Of a stretch of DNA of 44,346 nt, positions 1 to 7,848 are shown piece by piece. How positions within the stretch are numbered: the first letter of the stretch is position 1; each line of letters begins with the position of its first letter. The notes under the pieces are model-generated. The model worked only from the letters and a program-made list of their open reading frames with translations. It made no database searches and had not been told where the DNA came from. Source of the DNA: a virus; the UHGV virus genome UHGV-0027446. One strand, written 5' to 3'. A program made the translations under genes and the position numbers.

Positions 1-299
1 GCAGGGTGCGCGGTGATGTTGGGCTACCTACGCCAGCTTTCGATGTAACATCACCGACTGCGATAGACGCGGCGTTTGACGCAGGCCACTCCGACCCGAA
101 AGGTCTGGAACGCGCCGCCAGTCCGCAGAATTATGATGCGGTGTTGCTTGGTACTTATCACAGAGGGCGTGTAGTGTGGCACGCTGGCGTGTATTATGAC
201 GGTATGGTGAGCCACTGCGAGTTAGCGTCCAGACAAGTGCGCCTTGACCGCCTGGACGATTTACGCGACACATATCAGGAGATTGAATTTTGGCGATAG
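1..299 (+). CDS. NlpC/P60-like tail assembly protein, C-terminal part (partial at window start; apparently continues from 44280..44346)
   Basis: Frame open from window start; ends ...HAGVYYDGMVSHCE...EIEFWR; sits between minor tail genes and gpJ-like gene; joins in-frame with the truncated ORF at the window end. Confidence 0.4.
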   Translation, partial: RVRGDVGLPTPAFDVTSPTAIDAAFDAGHSDPKGLERAASPQNYDAVLLGTYHRGRVVWHAGVYYDGMVSHCELASRQVRLDRLDDLRDTYQEIEFWR

Positions 300-2839
300 T
301 CATCCACTACACCCGCAACGAAGACGGGACGTTCTCACAAAAACGGCATAACGACTCGCCGCTGAATTTCGTCGTAAACCATATCCCTGACGGTGTGCCG
401 TTTCGCGTTTTTCTCGAAGAGATAGGGGAGGATAACGACGTAACAGAAGATTTTGACGCATTAAAACAGGATGCTGTTTTTCACGTCCTGGAAGGTGCTG
501 GTGGCGGCGCTATAAAGGGTGTGATGAAAGTGTTCAGCATAATCCTTAAACCGCTGGCTAAATTACTCACACCGTCAACAAAGGGTGCGTCTAATAATCT
601 CGCTAACCAGCAAGCGGACTCGCCGAATAACAGTCTGACGGACCGAAATAACAAGGCCCGACCATATGAGCGAACTTATGACATCTGCGGCCGGGTGCAG
701 ACAATACCCAACAACCTTATGACAACTTATAAGGTTTTCGATAACGCGGGCCGCATCATTGAGTACGGCTACTATGATGCCGGGCGCGGGTATCTGGACG
801 TTAAAGCGGAAGACATCACCGACGGAGACACCAAAGTCCAGGAGATAACCGGAACTTCTGTAGCGGTGTACGCCCCGTACACGTCACCCAATAACACAAG
901 CTCTCCGCAACTTCTTGTTGGCGAACCTATCGACCAAAAGTTGTATATCACCATAGCATCTAATGAAGTAGACGGTGCGGTACTGAAAGCTCAAAACGGC
1001 ATAAGAGTAAACCCAAGCGATACCGGTGAGATATCGCTGCAAGGGACAACGGGTATTGTACGTGATGCAACCGGAGATTCCGCGTTTACAGAAATTCTGT
1101 CAGTTGGCGATGTGGCCGTTTTCAATCTCATTCTGGTAAAAGATGTCGCTAACGTAAGCGGTAATTATACGGTCACTTACGTCGATGATTTCGAGGTTAG
1201 AGTCGCTGTAGGTGGTATGCTCACCGAATGGCAGAAGTTGCCATCTGGTTTCACACGGATGACACAGGGTAACGAGGCGTGGATTTCACCCTCAAACACA
1301 TATGATAAATCATTAACCGACTGGACAACGCTTAACCGTCTGCCAGTAGAGCGCATCGTTGCAAATATTGCCGCCGCTAATGGCATGTATAAAGACAATG
1401 GCAGTAAACTAAGGGCCTCTGTCACCGTCGAGTTGCAGTATCAGTTACTCGATACCACCGGAACACCTTACGGGCCTGTATATAGTAAGCAAGGCGCCAT
1501 CTCAGGGCGGTCGTCAGATTACACCGGCGTAACAATCTATGCTGACCTGCCGTCGGCGTCTAACGTTCGTGTAAGGGCGCGCAGGGTGACAAACCTGGAC
1601 CTTGCTTTCGAAGGTACAGTAGTGGACGAGGTTTCTTACATAAACCTGTACGGGCAAATACGCGACACCACACCTAACTACGGAAACAGAACCACCGTAC
1701 ATTCAGCACGTAAACAGACACCCCGGGCCGCAGAGGTTAAACAGCCACAATTGCGAATGGTAGTAACTGAGATGGTGTACAAGTACCTCGGTAACGGTGT
1801 TTTTGACTCCGTAAGAACGCCAAACACGCAAGCGGTACAGTCGCTGATTCGTCTTGCCCGTGACCCTGATGTCGGCGCGTTGAATCTGACAACGGCAAAT
1901 ATGGATAAACTGTTAGCGGTACAGAGCGAAATTGAGGGCTATTTCGGTAGCGCATCCGCAGGAGAGTTTTGCTACACGTTTGATGACTATAAAACTACGA
2001 TGCAGGACATAGTAACTACGATAGCGGAAGCAATTTTCTGCACTCCATATCGTAGAGGCGCGGATGTTCTTCTGGACTTTGAGCGCCCGCGAATTGGTCC
2101 CGAGATGGTATTTACCCACCGCAGCAAAACCACCGCTACGGAGAAGTGGACACGCACGTTTAACGATGCCCAGGTATACGATAGCCTTAAGTTTTCATAC
2201 ATCGACCCGGATACTAACGTCAAAGAGACAATCAGCATCCCGGCCGAGGGCGGGGTTAATACTGAAACGTACGACTCTAAAGGTATCCGTAATTATCGAC
2301 AGGCGTACTGGGCCGCATATCGTCGATATCAGAAAAACCTGTTGAAGAAGGTGACAGTATCGTTCACGGCGACAGAAGAAGGGATTTTTGCAATGCCTGG
2401 GCGGGCGGTAAGTGTGGTGAAAGGTTCACGTATAGCCCCGCAAGACGGTTATGTAATCGCCGTTAATGGTCTTACCCTGACTTTATCACAGCCCGTTACG
2501 TTTACCCCCGGTGATGACCACTCACTGATTCTTAAGAAGCGAGACGGGGGAGTTCAAAGTGTCGCCGTTGTGCCTGGAAGCCACGACCGTGAAGTGGTTA
2601 TGCTATCCGCGCCACAGGAGGCGATATACACGGGGAATAGCGCACTAAAAACTGAGTTTTCATTCGGCAACGAAGCAAGGCATAATGCTCAGATGATTCT
2701 TGTTTCTACAGTTGACCCTGGAGACGACAGAACGGTTAAGATTACCGGGATTAAATATGAAGCAGATTTCTATAAATACGACGGCGTCGCGCCATACGGC
2801 AGCGGTTTCTCCGACGGATTCAGCAACGGTTTTAGTTAA
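290..2839 (+). CDS. tail tip / host-specificity protein (gpJ-like central fibre)
   Basis: 849-codon ORF after minor tail genes and before tailspike; TTG start preceded by AGGAG at about -9; Gly-rich hydrophobic N-terminal segment. Confidence 0.5.
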   Translation: MAIVIHYTRNEDGTFSQKRHNDSPLNFVVNHIPDGVPFRVFLEEIGEDNDVTEDFDALKQDAVFHVLEGAGGGAIKGVMKVFSIILKPLAKLLTPSTKGASNNLANQQADSPNNSLTDRNNKARPYERTYDICGRVQTIPNNLMTTYKVFDNAGRIIEYGYYDAGRGYLDVKAEDITDGDTKVQEITGTSVAVYAPYTSPNNTSSPQLLVGEPIDQKLYITIASNEVDGAVLKAQNGIRVNPSDTGEISLQGTTGIVRDATGDSAFTEILSVGDVAVFNLILVKDVANVSGNYTVTYVDDFEVRVAVGGMLTEWQKLPSGFTRMTQGNEAWISPSNTYDKSLTDWTTLNRLPVERIVANIAAANGMYKDNGSKLRASVTVELQYQLLDTTGTPYGPVYSKQGAISGRSSDYTGVTIYADLPSASNVRVRARRVTNLDLAFEGTVVDEVSYINLYGQIRDTTPNYGNRTTVHSARKQTPRAAEVKQPQLRMVVTEMVYKYLGNGVFDSVRTPNTQAVQSLIRLARDPDVGALNLTTANMDKLLAVQSEIEGYFGSASAGEFCYTFDDYKTTMQDIVTTIAEAIFCTPYRRGADVLLDFERPRIGPEMVFTHRSKTTATEKWTRTFNDAQVYDSLKFSYIDPDTNVKETISIPAEGGVNTETYDSKGIRNYRQAYWAAYRRYQKNLLKKVTVSFTATEEGIFAMPGRAVSVVKGSRIAPQDGYVIAVNGLTLTLSQPVTFTPGDDHSLILKKRDGGVQSVAVVPGSHDREVVMLSAPQEAIYTGNSALKTEFSFGNEARHNAQMILVSTVDPGDDRTVKITGIKYEADFYKYDGVAPYGSGFSDGFSNGFS

Positions 2840-2851
2840 AGAGGACTCTAT

Positions 2852-4870
2852 ATGTCAAGCGGATGCGGTGACGTTTTAAGCCTGGCGGATTTACAGACCG
2901 CCAAGAAACACCAGATTTTCGAAGCCGAGGTTATCACCGGTAAATCCGGCGGGGTTGCTGGTGGTGCTGATATTGATTACGCGACCAATGCTGTTACCTG
3001 GCAGACTCAGAAGACGCTACCCGCCGTGTTGCGTGACGCTGGCTTTTCTCCTGTGTCGTGGGATTTTGCTACAGGCGGAACACTAGCGGTCAACGACCGG
3101 GATAGGGTAGTTTATGACCCGGTTAGCAAAACATGGTACTCATACGCGGGAACGTTGCCTGTTACCGTTCCCGCCGGGTTTAACCCTGTTGGTAACGCTA
3201 ACTGGAAGCCGCAAACTGACCCAAATTTGAGGGACGATTTGTCCGCGCCGGATGGCCTCCGCCGTATAGGGCAAGTAAGTACGATAGCGGTGCTTCGGAC
3301 CATAGAGCCGGTGTCCAACGGCCAAAAAATACTTGTCGAGCAACACACGTCATCGACCGGTTTGGGAGGCGGCACATTCCAGGCGGTTATCCCTGGCACG
3401 TCCTTAACCGATAACAACGGGACGGTGATTAAAACCGCATCTGGAGCCGCGTGGCGGAGAGTTAATTATAAGGTCGCGACCCCCCGCATGTTTGGAGCAC
3501 TGGGGGATGGGATTACTAATGACCTTTCTGCGTTAAACGCAGCATTGGCCTCGGAGAAGGTAGTAGACGGCGAGGGTCTTACGTACCTCGTCCAATCAGG
3601 GGCGATTACAGTACCGTCATCGCGGACGTTTCGCAACGCCACCATTACCGAACCAGCGGTATCTAATACGACAATGCTTAGAGTTACCGGTAGCAACGTA
3701 ACGGTGTCTGATGTGAGTTTCGACGGTTCGACAGGCACTACCAGCCGCGGGATAATCGTCAATGCGGGCCTCTCTGATGTGCATATATTCAAGTGCAAGG
3801 CGAACGACCTTAAAAAACCATTTGTAGGGGTGTCCGGAGACTATGTTAATAATCTCTTCTGTGTTCGCATAACAATTGATAAATGTTTTGCCAATAACTG
3901 TGGCAACGACGGCACAAACTACGACAGAGCTACTGTAATATTTGATGGTGTTTCTGGTTGCACCGTAAAAGATTGCTACTTCAGTTCATGTAACTGGGGC
4001 ATCTCTTTTAGGCAGCCGTATGATTACCCGGCGCTAACAAATCCTTATGCGTTTTATAATAAAGTTGAGGGTTGCTACCTATCCGGGAAGGCCGGGTATC
4101 CCTATAACCAGGGGATTAGTGCGCAAAGCCAAAAGCATTTTTCGGCGTCAGGTAACACCATAGAAGGTTTTCTAGGGAACGCTATTGATAACCAGCGATG
4201 CGATTTCAGTCGCATAGAAAACAACAAATTGACGTCTGGTGACGACGGAGTGTTCTTTGGGGATTTAAACTGCAAGGGGCACGTTGTTACTGGTAACGTA
4301 ATTACTGGATGTGTAAGAGGGATTAGGGTTTATGGTGCTGTAGGAGATTGGGCTAATCAGGCCATGACGGATATAACCATAACCGGTAACATAATAACGG
4401 ATTCCACCGTAGTAGGCATCTATGTGTACCGCACGGAGCCTACTAACTCCTTTGCTGGTTTTAACATCACAGGAAATATCATAGACAACTCAGGCACAAG
4501 GGGTATAGCCAGCAACACGCAAGGCGTTCTCGTAACAGGGTTGTCGGGTGGTGTCGTGTCGAATAACGTTATACGCAATACGCGCATGGAAGGTTTAAGG
4601 TTCGAGAACTCAGTTGGGGTTGTGGCTGTGGGTAATTCTGTAACTGGATTCGATTACTCCGCTACGGCGCAAGCTGGTATTTACTTAGATGTAAACTCAA
4701 GAGGTGTACAGCTAAGGAACTCCACTATTTCAGTTTCAGGCGGCTCAGGTGCAGCAGTTCGCGAGGCAGGAGTTAATAACACAGTAACCGGGACCAGATG
4801 GAACGGAGTCACTACTGGGGTTAACTCCACCGGCACAGGTGCTGTTTTATCCGATAACTCAGCGTATTAA
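2852..4870 (+). CDS. tailspike protein with parallel beta-helix (putative polysaccharide depolymerase)
   Basis: ATG after AAGAGGA; N-terminal W.Y.GTLP..VPAG adaptor-type motif; C-terminal repeats of GN.ITG/ NNVIRN typical of a right-handed beta-helix. Confidence 0.7.
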   Translation: MSSGCGDVLSLADLQTAKKHQIFEAEVITGKSGGVAGGADIDYATNAVTWQTQKTLPAVLRDAGFSPVSWDFATGGTLAVNDRDRVVYDPVSKTWYSYAGTLPVTVPAGFNPVGNANWKPQTDPNLRDDLSAPDGLRRIGQVSTIAVLRTIEPVSNGQKILVEQHTSSTGLGGGTFQAVIPGTSLTDNNGTVIKTASGAAWRRVNYKVATPRMFGALGDGITNDLSALNAALASEKVVDGEGLTYLVQSGAITVPSSRTFRNATITEPAVSNTTMLRVTGSNVTVSDVSFDGSTGTTSRGIIVNAGLSDVHIFKCKANDLKKPFVGVSGDYVNNLFCVRITIDKCFANNCGNDGTNYDRATVIFDGVSGCTVKDCYFSSCNWGISFRQPYDYPALTNPYAFYNKVEGCYLSGKAGYPYNQGISAQSQKHFSASGNTIEGFLGNAIDNQRCDFSRIENNKLTSGDDGVFFGDLNCKGHVVTGNVITGCVRGIRVYGAVGDWANQAMTDITITGNIITDSTVVGIYVYRTEPTNSFAGFNITGNIIDNSGTRGIASNTQGVLVTGLSGGVVSNNVIRNTRMEGLRFENSVGVVAVGNSVTGFDYSATAQAGIYLDVNSRGVQLRNSTISVSGGSGAAVREAGVNNTVTGTRWNGVTTGVNSTGTGAVLSDNSAY

Positions 4871-4887
4871 TTAAAAAAAATAAAACT

Positions 4888-4907
4888 AAGGCCCCAAACG
4901 GGGCCTT
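4888..4907. terminator. bidirectional rho-independent terminator (AAGGCCCC-AAAC-GGGGCCTT)
   Basis: Perfect 8-bp GC-rich stem; T-run on plus side and long A-run (U-run for minus transcripts) on the other; between convergent gene blocks. Confidence 0.6.
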
Positions 4908-4911
4908 TTCT

Positions 4912-5049
4912 CTACTCTTCTGGTAGCTTCTCCAGTACAAACGCCAGTTGCGCATTAGCGGCGTCTCTTTGCTGCCGTAGTCGTAGAACCTCCTCTTCGA
5001 GCTCCTTGATACGTTTTTGCAATGCTGGAATTGGGGCTGTGATGTTCAT
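4912..5049 (-). CDS. small coiled-coil protein (45 aa), hypothetical
   Basis: Hand-translated ORF MNITAPIPALQKRIKELEEEVLRLRQQ...; its ATG overlaps the stop of the upstream gene (ATGA); below ORF-track size cutoff. Confidence 0.25.
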   Translation of the reverse strand: MNITAPIPALQKRIKELEEEVLRLRQQRDAANAQLAFVLEKLPEE

Positions 5050-5561
5050 CTGGTAAATTTCCTCGCAAGATACGTTATTTCTTCTTCACAAAGTTCATCA
5101 AGGTCGTTAGATACAAATCCTCTGGTGAATGTTTTGCTGAACTTTAAGCCCGCTTTATCATTGTCGCCGGCGCACACCCAATCATACGGCAAAAGTGACA
5201 TTTGCTGCCGTAAATCGGCTGGTATATTCGACCCCAGTGCGCTTACGGCATTGAACCCGCGATTCATCAAGGCTACGGCTTTGAATATGCTTTCGGTAAC
5301 AAATACCACCCCGCTATCCGGCAAATACTCAAGCCCCCATAAACACGGCCTTGTTGTTCTGGTAAAGTATCTCGCGTCTTTAGGGTTTTTACAGTTCTTT
5401 TCCGCATGTGGTTTGTAATGCTGGTATCCGCGAAGCCTACCATCAAACCCCCACAGGTAAAACGTAGCTACTCCAGAGCCTAAGACTACACGTAAACGGT
5501 CAGCGTCAAAACCTCGTGACAGCAGATGCGCCTTAAGTAGTAACTCCTCGCAATCCATCAT
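5046..5561 (-). CDS. Toprim-domain protein (DnaG-like primase core fragment)
   Basis: VVFVTESIFKAVAL (conserved Glu) and VCAGDNDKAGL (DxD) motifs; ATGA overlap with helicase gene. Confidence 0.4.
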   Translation of the reverse strand: MMDCEELLLKAHLLSRGFDADRLRVVLGSGVATFYLWGFDGRLRGYQHYKPHAEKNCKNPKDARYFTRTTRPCLWGLEYLPDSGVVFVTESIFKAVALMNRGFNAVSALGSNIPADLRQQMSLLPYDWVCAGDNDKAGLKFSKTFTRGFVSNDLDELCEEEITYLARKFTR

Positions 5562-6982
5562 TTCTTACCTCGTCTCTTCATGTAATTAAGCAACTCTTCC
5601 TGTACCGATTTCTTCTCGTCTGTGCGCGCGGCAACAACCTCATCCAGCGTGTCTTTAGCAACGATGTGGTACAGGAACACAGGGCGCTCGTGGCCTGCCT
5701 GTTTCTGGCGAACTGGGCCTATGCGCTCGACAACCTGCAAATAGTGCTCAAGGTTCCAGCCTTGCGAAATAAACGCCAGATGATGCCCGCCGTCCTGTAA
5801 ATTCAAACCATGACCGGCTGACGCAGGGTGCACGCATAAGATTTCGATTTCGCCACGGTTCCACGCTTCCATCTGTTTATTACCCTTCGCGCCTTTGGCA
5901 AACGCCTGTGCCTGCGGGAACCGCTTAAGGATGCGCTCCAGTTCGTGCTTGAACTGATAGGCCACCAGTAACGGCGCGCCCTGTAACTCCTCAACAATCG
6001 ACTCGAGCGCATCCAGTTTCGTGTCATGCACTTTCTCCCAGTCTTTGGTTGCTTCTCCGTCTGGCCCTGACACGTATACAGCGCCGGATGCAATCTGTAA
6101 ACACTTAGACGTTTTCGCTGCGGCGTTAGCCGCTTCGACTTCTCCGCTTTCAAGTTCCGCAAATAGCTTCTCCTCCATATCGATGTACGCCTGTCGCGCT
6201 TTCTTCGGCAGGTTGATTTCAACCGGTACAATAATCGGCGCTTCACAACCAAACCACTCGGCAGCGTCAATCGTGAGACTGATGTCCTTCATCTTCTGGT
6301 GAATTTCATTATCCGCACCAGGGCGGGCGTGGTATTCGCGCGCCATAGCCGACTTACCTTTCTGCACCGAGTTAAACCAGCGGTCGGTGAATGCCGTGTA
6401 TGAAGACCCGAGGCGCTCGCCGGCGTCGATAAACCAGTTCTGCCCCCACAAGTCCTTGAGGCCGTTCGGTGACGGTGTCCCTGTAAGGTTTATCAGCCGC
6501 TTAACATTTCTAAATGCTACTTTACTAAGCGCCTTTGCCCTCTTGCTCCCGCCAGAACGGCTACGGAATGATTTCAACTTCGTGCTTTCATCATTAACTA
6601 TCACGGTAAAAGGCCAGTCGTCTACGCCGTAATAGTCGATAAGCCACTCTATAACCTCATAGTTAATACAAATTACATTAGCGTCAGACTCCAGCGCCGC
6701 GATGCGGCGCTTCTCTGAACCGGTTGCATCGACGACACGCAGACACGGGAAACCCCACTTAGTTTGTTCTGCTGGCCATGTACCAGACGCAACGCGCAAC
6801 GGGGCGAGAATTAACACGCGGTCGTCGTCCGTAAGCTGCCCGTTGCGGAACAGGCGGTTTAAAGCCCACAGTACGCTGCCAGTCTTCCCGGCGCCCATGC
6901 TCGCCCAAATATTACAGCGATTGTGCCGCAACATGAACGAGGTCATGAGCTTCTGGTACTCGCGCCTTTGAAACTTACTCAT
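5558..6982 (-). CDS. SF2 (SNF2/DEAD-like) DNA helicase
   Basis: Walker A GAGKTG, DExx-like IVNDEST, C-terminal helicase domain motifs; in replication operon. Confidence 0.75.
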   Translation of the reverse strand: MSKFQRREYQKLMTSFMLRHNRCNIWASMGAGKTGSVLWALNRLFRNGQLTDDDRVLILAPLRVASGTWPAEQTKWGFPCLRVVDATGSEKRRIAALESDANVICINYEVIEWLIDYYGVDDWPFTVIVNDESTKLKSFRSRSGGSKRAKALSKVAFRNVKRLINLTGTPSPNGLKDLWGQNWFIDAGERLGSSYTAFTDRWFNSVQKGKSAMAREYHARPGADNEIHQKMKDISLTIDAAEWFGCEAPIIVPVEINLPKKARQAYIDMEEKLFAELESGEVEAANAAAKTSKCLQIASGAVYVSGPDGEATKDWEKVHDTKLDALESIVEELQGAPLLVAYQFKHELERILKRFPQAQAFAKGAKGNKQMEAWNRGEIEILCVHPASAGHGLNLQDGGHHLAFISQGWNLEHYLQVVERIGPVRQKQAGHERPVFLYHIVAKDTLDEVVAARTDEKKSVQEELLNYMKRRGKK

Positions 6983-7170
6983 TTCGCCACCAGAACTAAC
7001 TCTTTACGCCCGAACGCCGTAACGTTACCAGTTACATCTTCGATAACCAGTTTACCGTTCGACTCGACGTACACTGTATCAACGGCAACAGGGCGACGGG
7101 TCTTAACGTTGAAAATCATGTCGCCAGGTACGATGTCGCGGGCTGGTTTGCGGTCATATTCGTGTTTCAT
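6979..7170 (-). CDS. hypothetical protein
   Basis: 63-codon ORF translationally coupled (ATGA) to helicase; preceded by promoter 7204..7232. Confidence 0.4.
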   Translation of the reverse strand: MKHEYDRKPARDIVPGDMIFNVKTRRPVAVDTVYVESNGKLVIEDVTGNVTAFGRKELVLVAK

Positions 7171-7200
7171 TTCTAAATTCCTTATATTGTTGGTGTGTGA

Positions 7201-7485
7201 TTAACTATAATAGTTCGCTATTAGGTCGTCAACCTGTTTAAACGAACCAACGACAAAAACATTTGCACCACGTTTACGCATACGCTCGTGCTCTCGTAGC
7301 TGGTGCGGGTCAGGCTTCGTGTTTTCGTCTTTCTTAACCTCGACGAACCAGATGATGCCGCCGGGGAGGATTACCAACAGGTCGGGGGCGCCTCCTCTAT
7401 TTTCGTACGACAATTTGCGTACGAGGCCCCCCAGGGCCTCAAATCGGTCTTTTGCGTATTTCTGAACACGGCCCTCTTTAGTCAT
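7201..7485 (-). CDS. VRR-NUC domain nuclease
   Basis: PDLLVILPGGIIWFVEVKK PD-(D/E)XK-type core; probable start at internal ATG (MTKEGRV), track ORF starts at TTG 7500. Confidence 0.6.
   Translation of the reverse strand: MTKEGRVQKYAKDRFEALGGLVRKLSYENRGGAPDLLVILPGGIIWFVEVKKDENTKPDPHQLREHERMRKRGANVFVVGSFKQVDDLIANYYS
7204..7232 (-). promoter_or_regulatory. sigma70-type promoter, family A (TTGACG-N17-TATAGT)
   Basis: Minus-strand reading TTGACG acctaatagcgaactat TATAGT; shares spacer motif with promoters at 11734 and 14400. Confidence 0.45.
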
Positions 7486-7634
7486 GAGCGCAGAACCCAA
7501 GTAAGGAAAGCCCCACCGAGAACGGCAACGCCAACAAACTTAAAGAACAGGCCATAACAGAACATCGCGGCTATTCCAGCACCGAGTAACAGTGCAAGCA
7601 TGGTCACTATCGTCCAAAATACAAGCATTGTCAT
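7482..7634 (-). CDS. small hydrophobic membrane peptide (50 aa)
   Basis: Hand-translated MTMLVFWTIVTMLALLLGAGIAAMFCYGLFFKF...; stop overlaps VRR-NUC ATG. Confidence 0.25.
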   Translation of the reverse strand: MTMLVFWTIVTMLALLLGAGIAAMFCYGLFFKFVGVAVLGGAFLTWVLRS

Positions 7635-7720
7635 AATACACACCCCTCTCGTTTTGTATGCTCAATACCGCAGCGTGGACAGATTCGGCAGTCTTCTTCG
7701 TATAACCAGTAAATTTTCAT
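7631..7720 (-). CDS. small Cys-rich peptide (29 aa), zinc-ribbon-like
   Basis: Hand-translated MKIYWLYEEDCRICPRCGIEHTKREGCVL; ATGA overlaps on both sides. Confidence 0.2.
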   Translation of the reverse strand: MKIYWLYEEDCRICPRCGIEHTKREGCVL

Positions 7721-7848
7721 TCCAGTACCCACAAATAAATTGCTACTAGCATACCCAATACGGCGACCATCATGCCGTATTGACCCTCGTGACAGTAGAC
7801 ACCGGCGGCGAAGCCCGCCAGTACCGCGATAATCAGTTTACTTAGCAT
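7717..7848 (-). CDS. small hydrophobic membrane peptide (43 aa)
   Basis: Hand-translated MLSKLIIAVLAGFAAGVYCHEGQYGMMVAVLGMLVAIYLWVLE; start overlaps last codons of polymerase gene. Confidence 0.25.
   Translation of the reverse strand: MLSKLIIAVLAGFAAGVYCHEGQYGMMVAVLGMLVAIYLWVLE

Noticed and set aside
1-2839. Possibility that ORF 6..299 and ORF 290..2839 are one gene joined by a frameshift
   Set aside because: Different frames with only a 10-nt overlap; the second ORF has its own AGGAG plus TTG start and the first is better explained as the end of the gene truncated at the window end. Not fully excluded.
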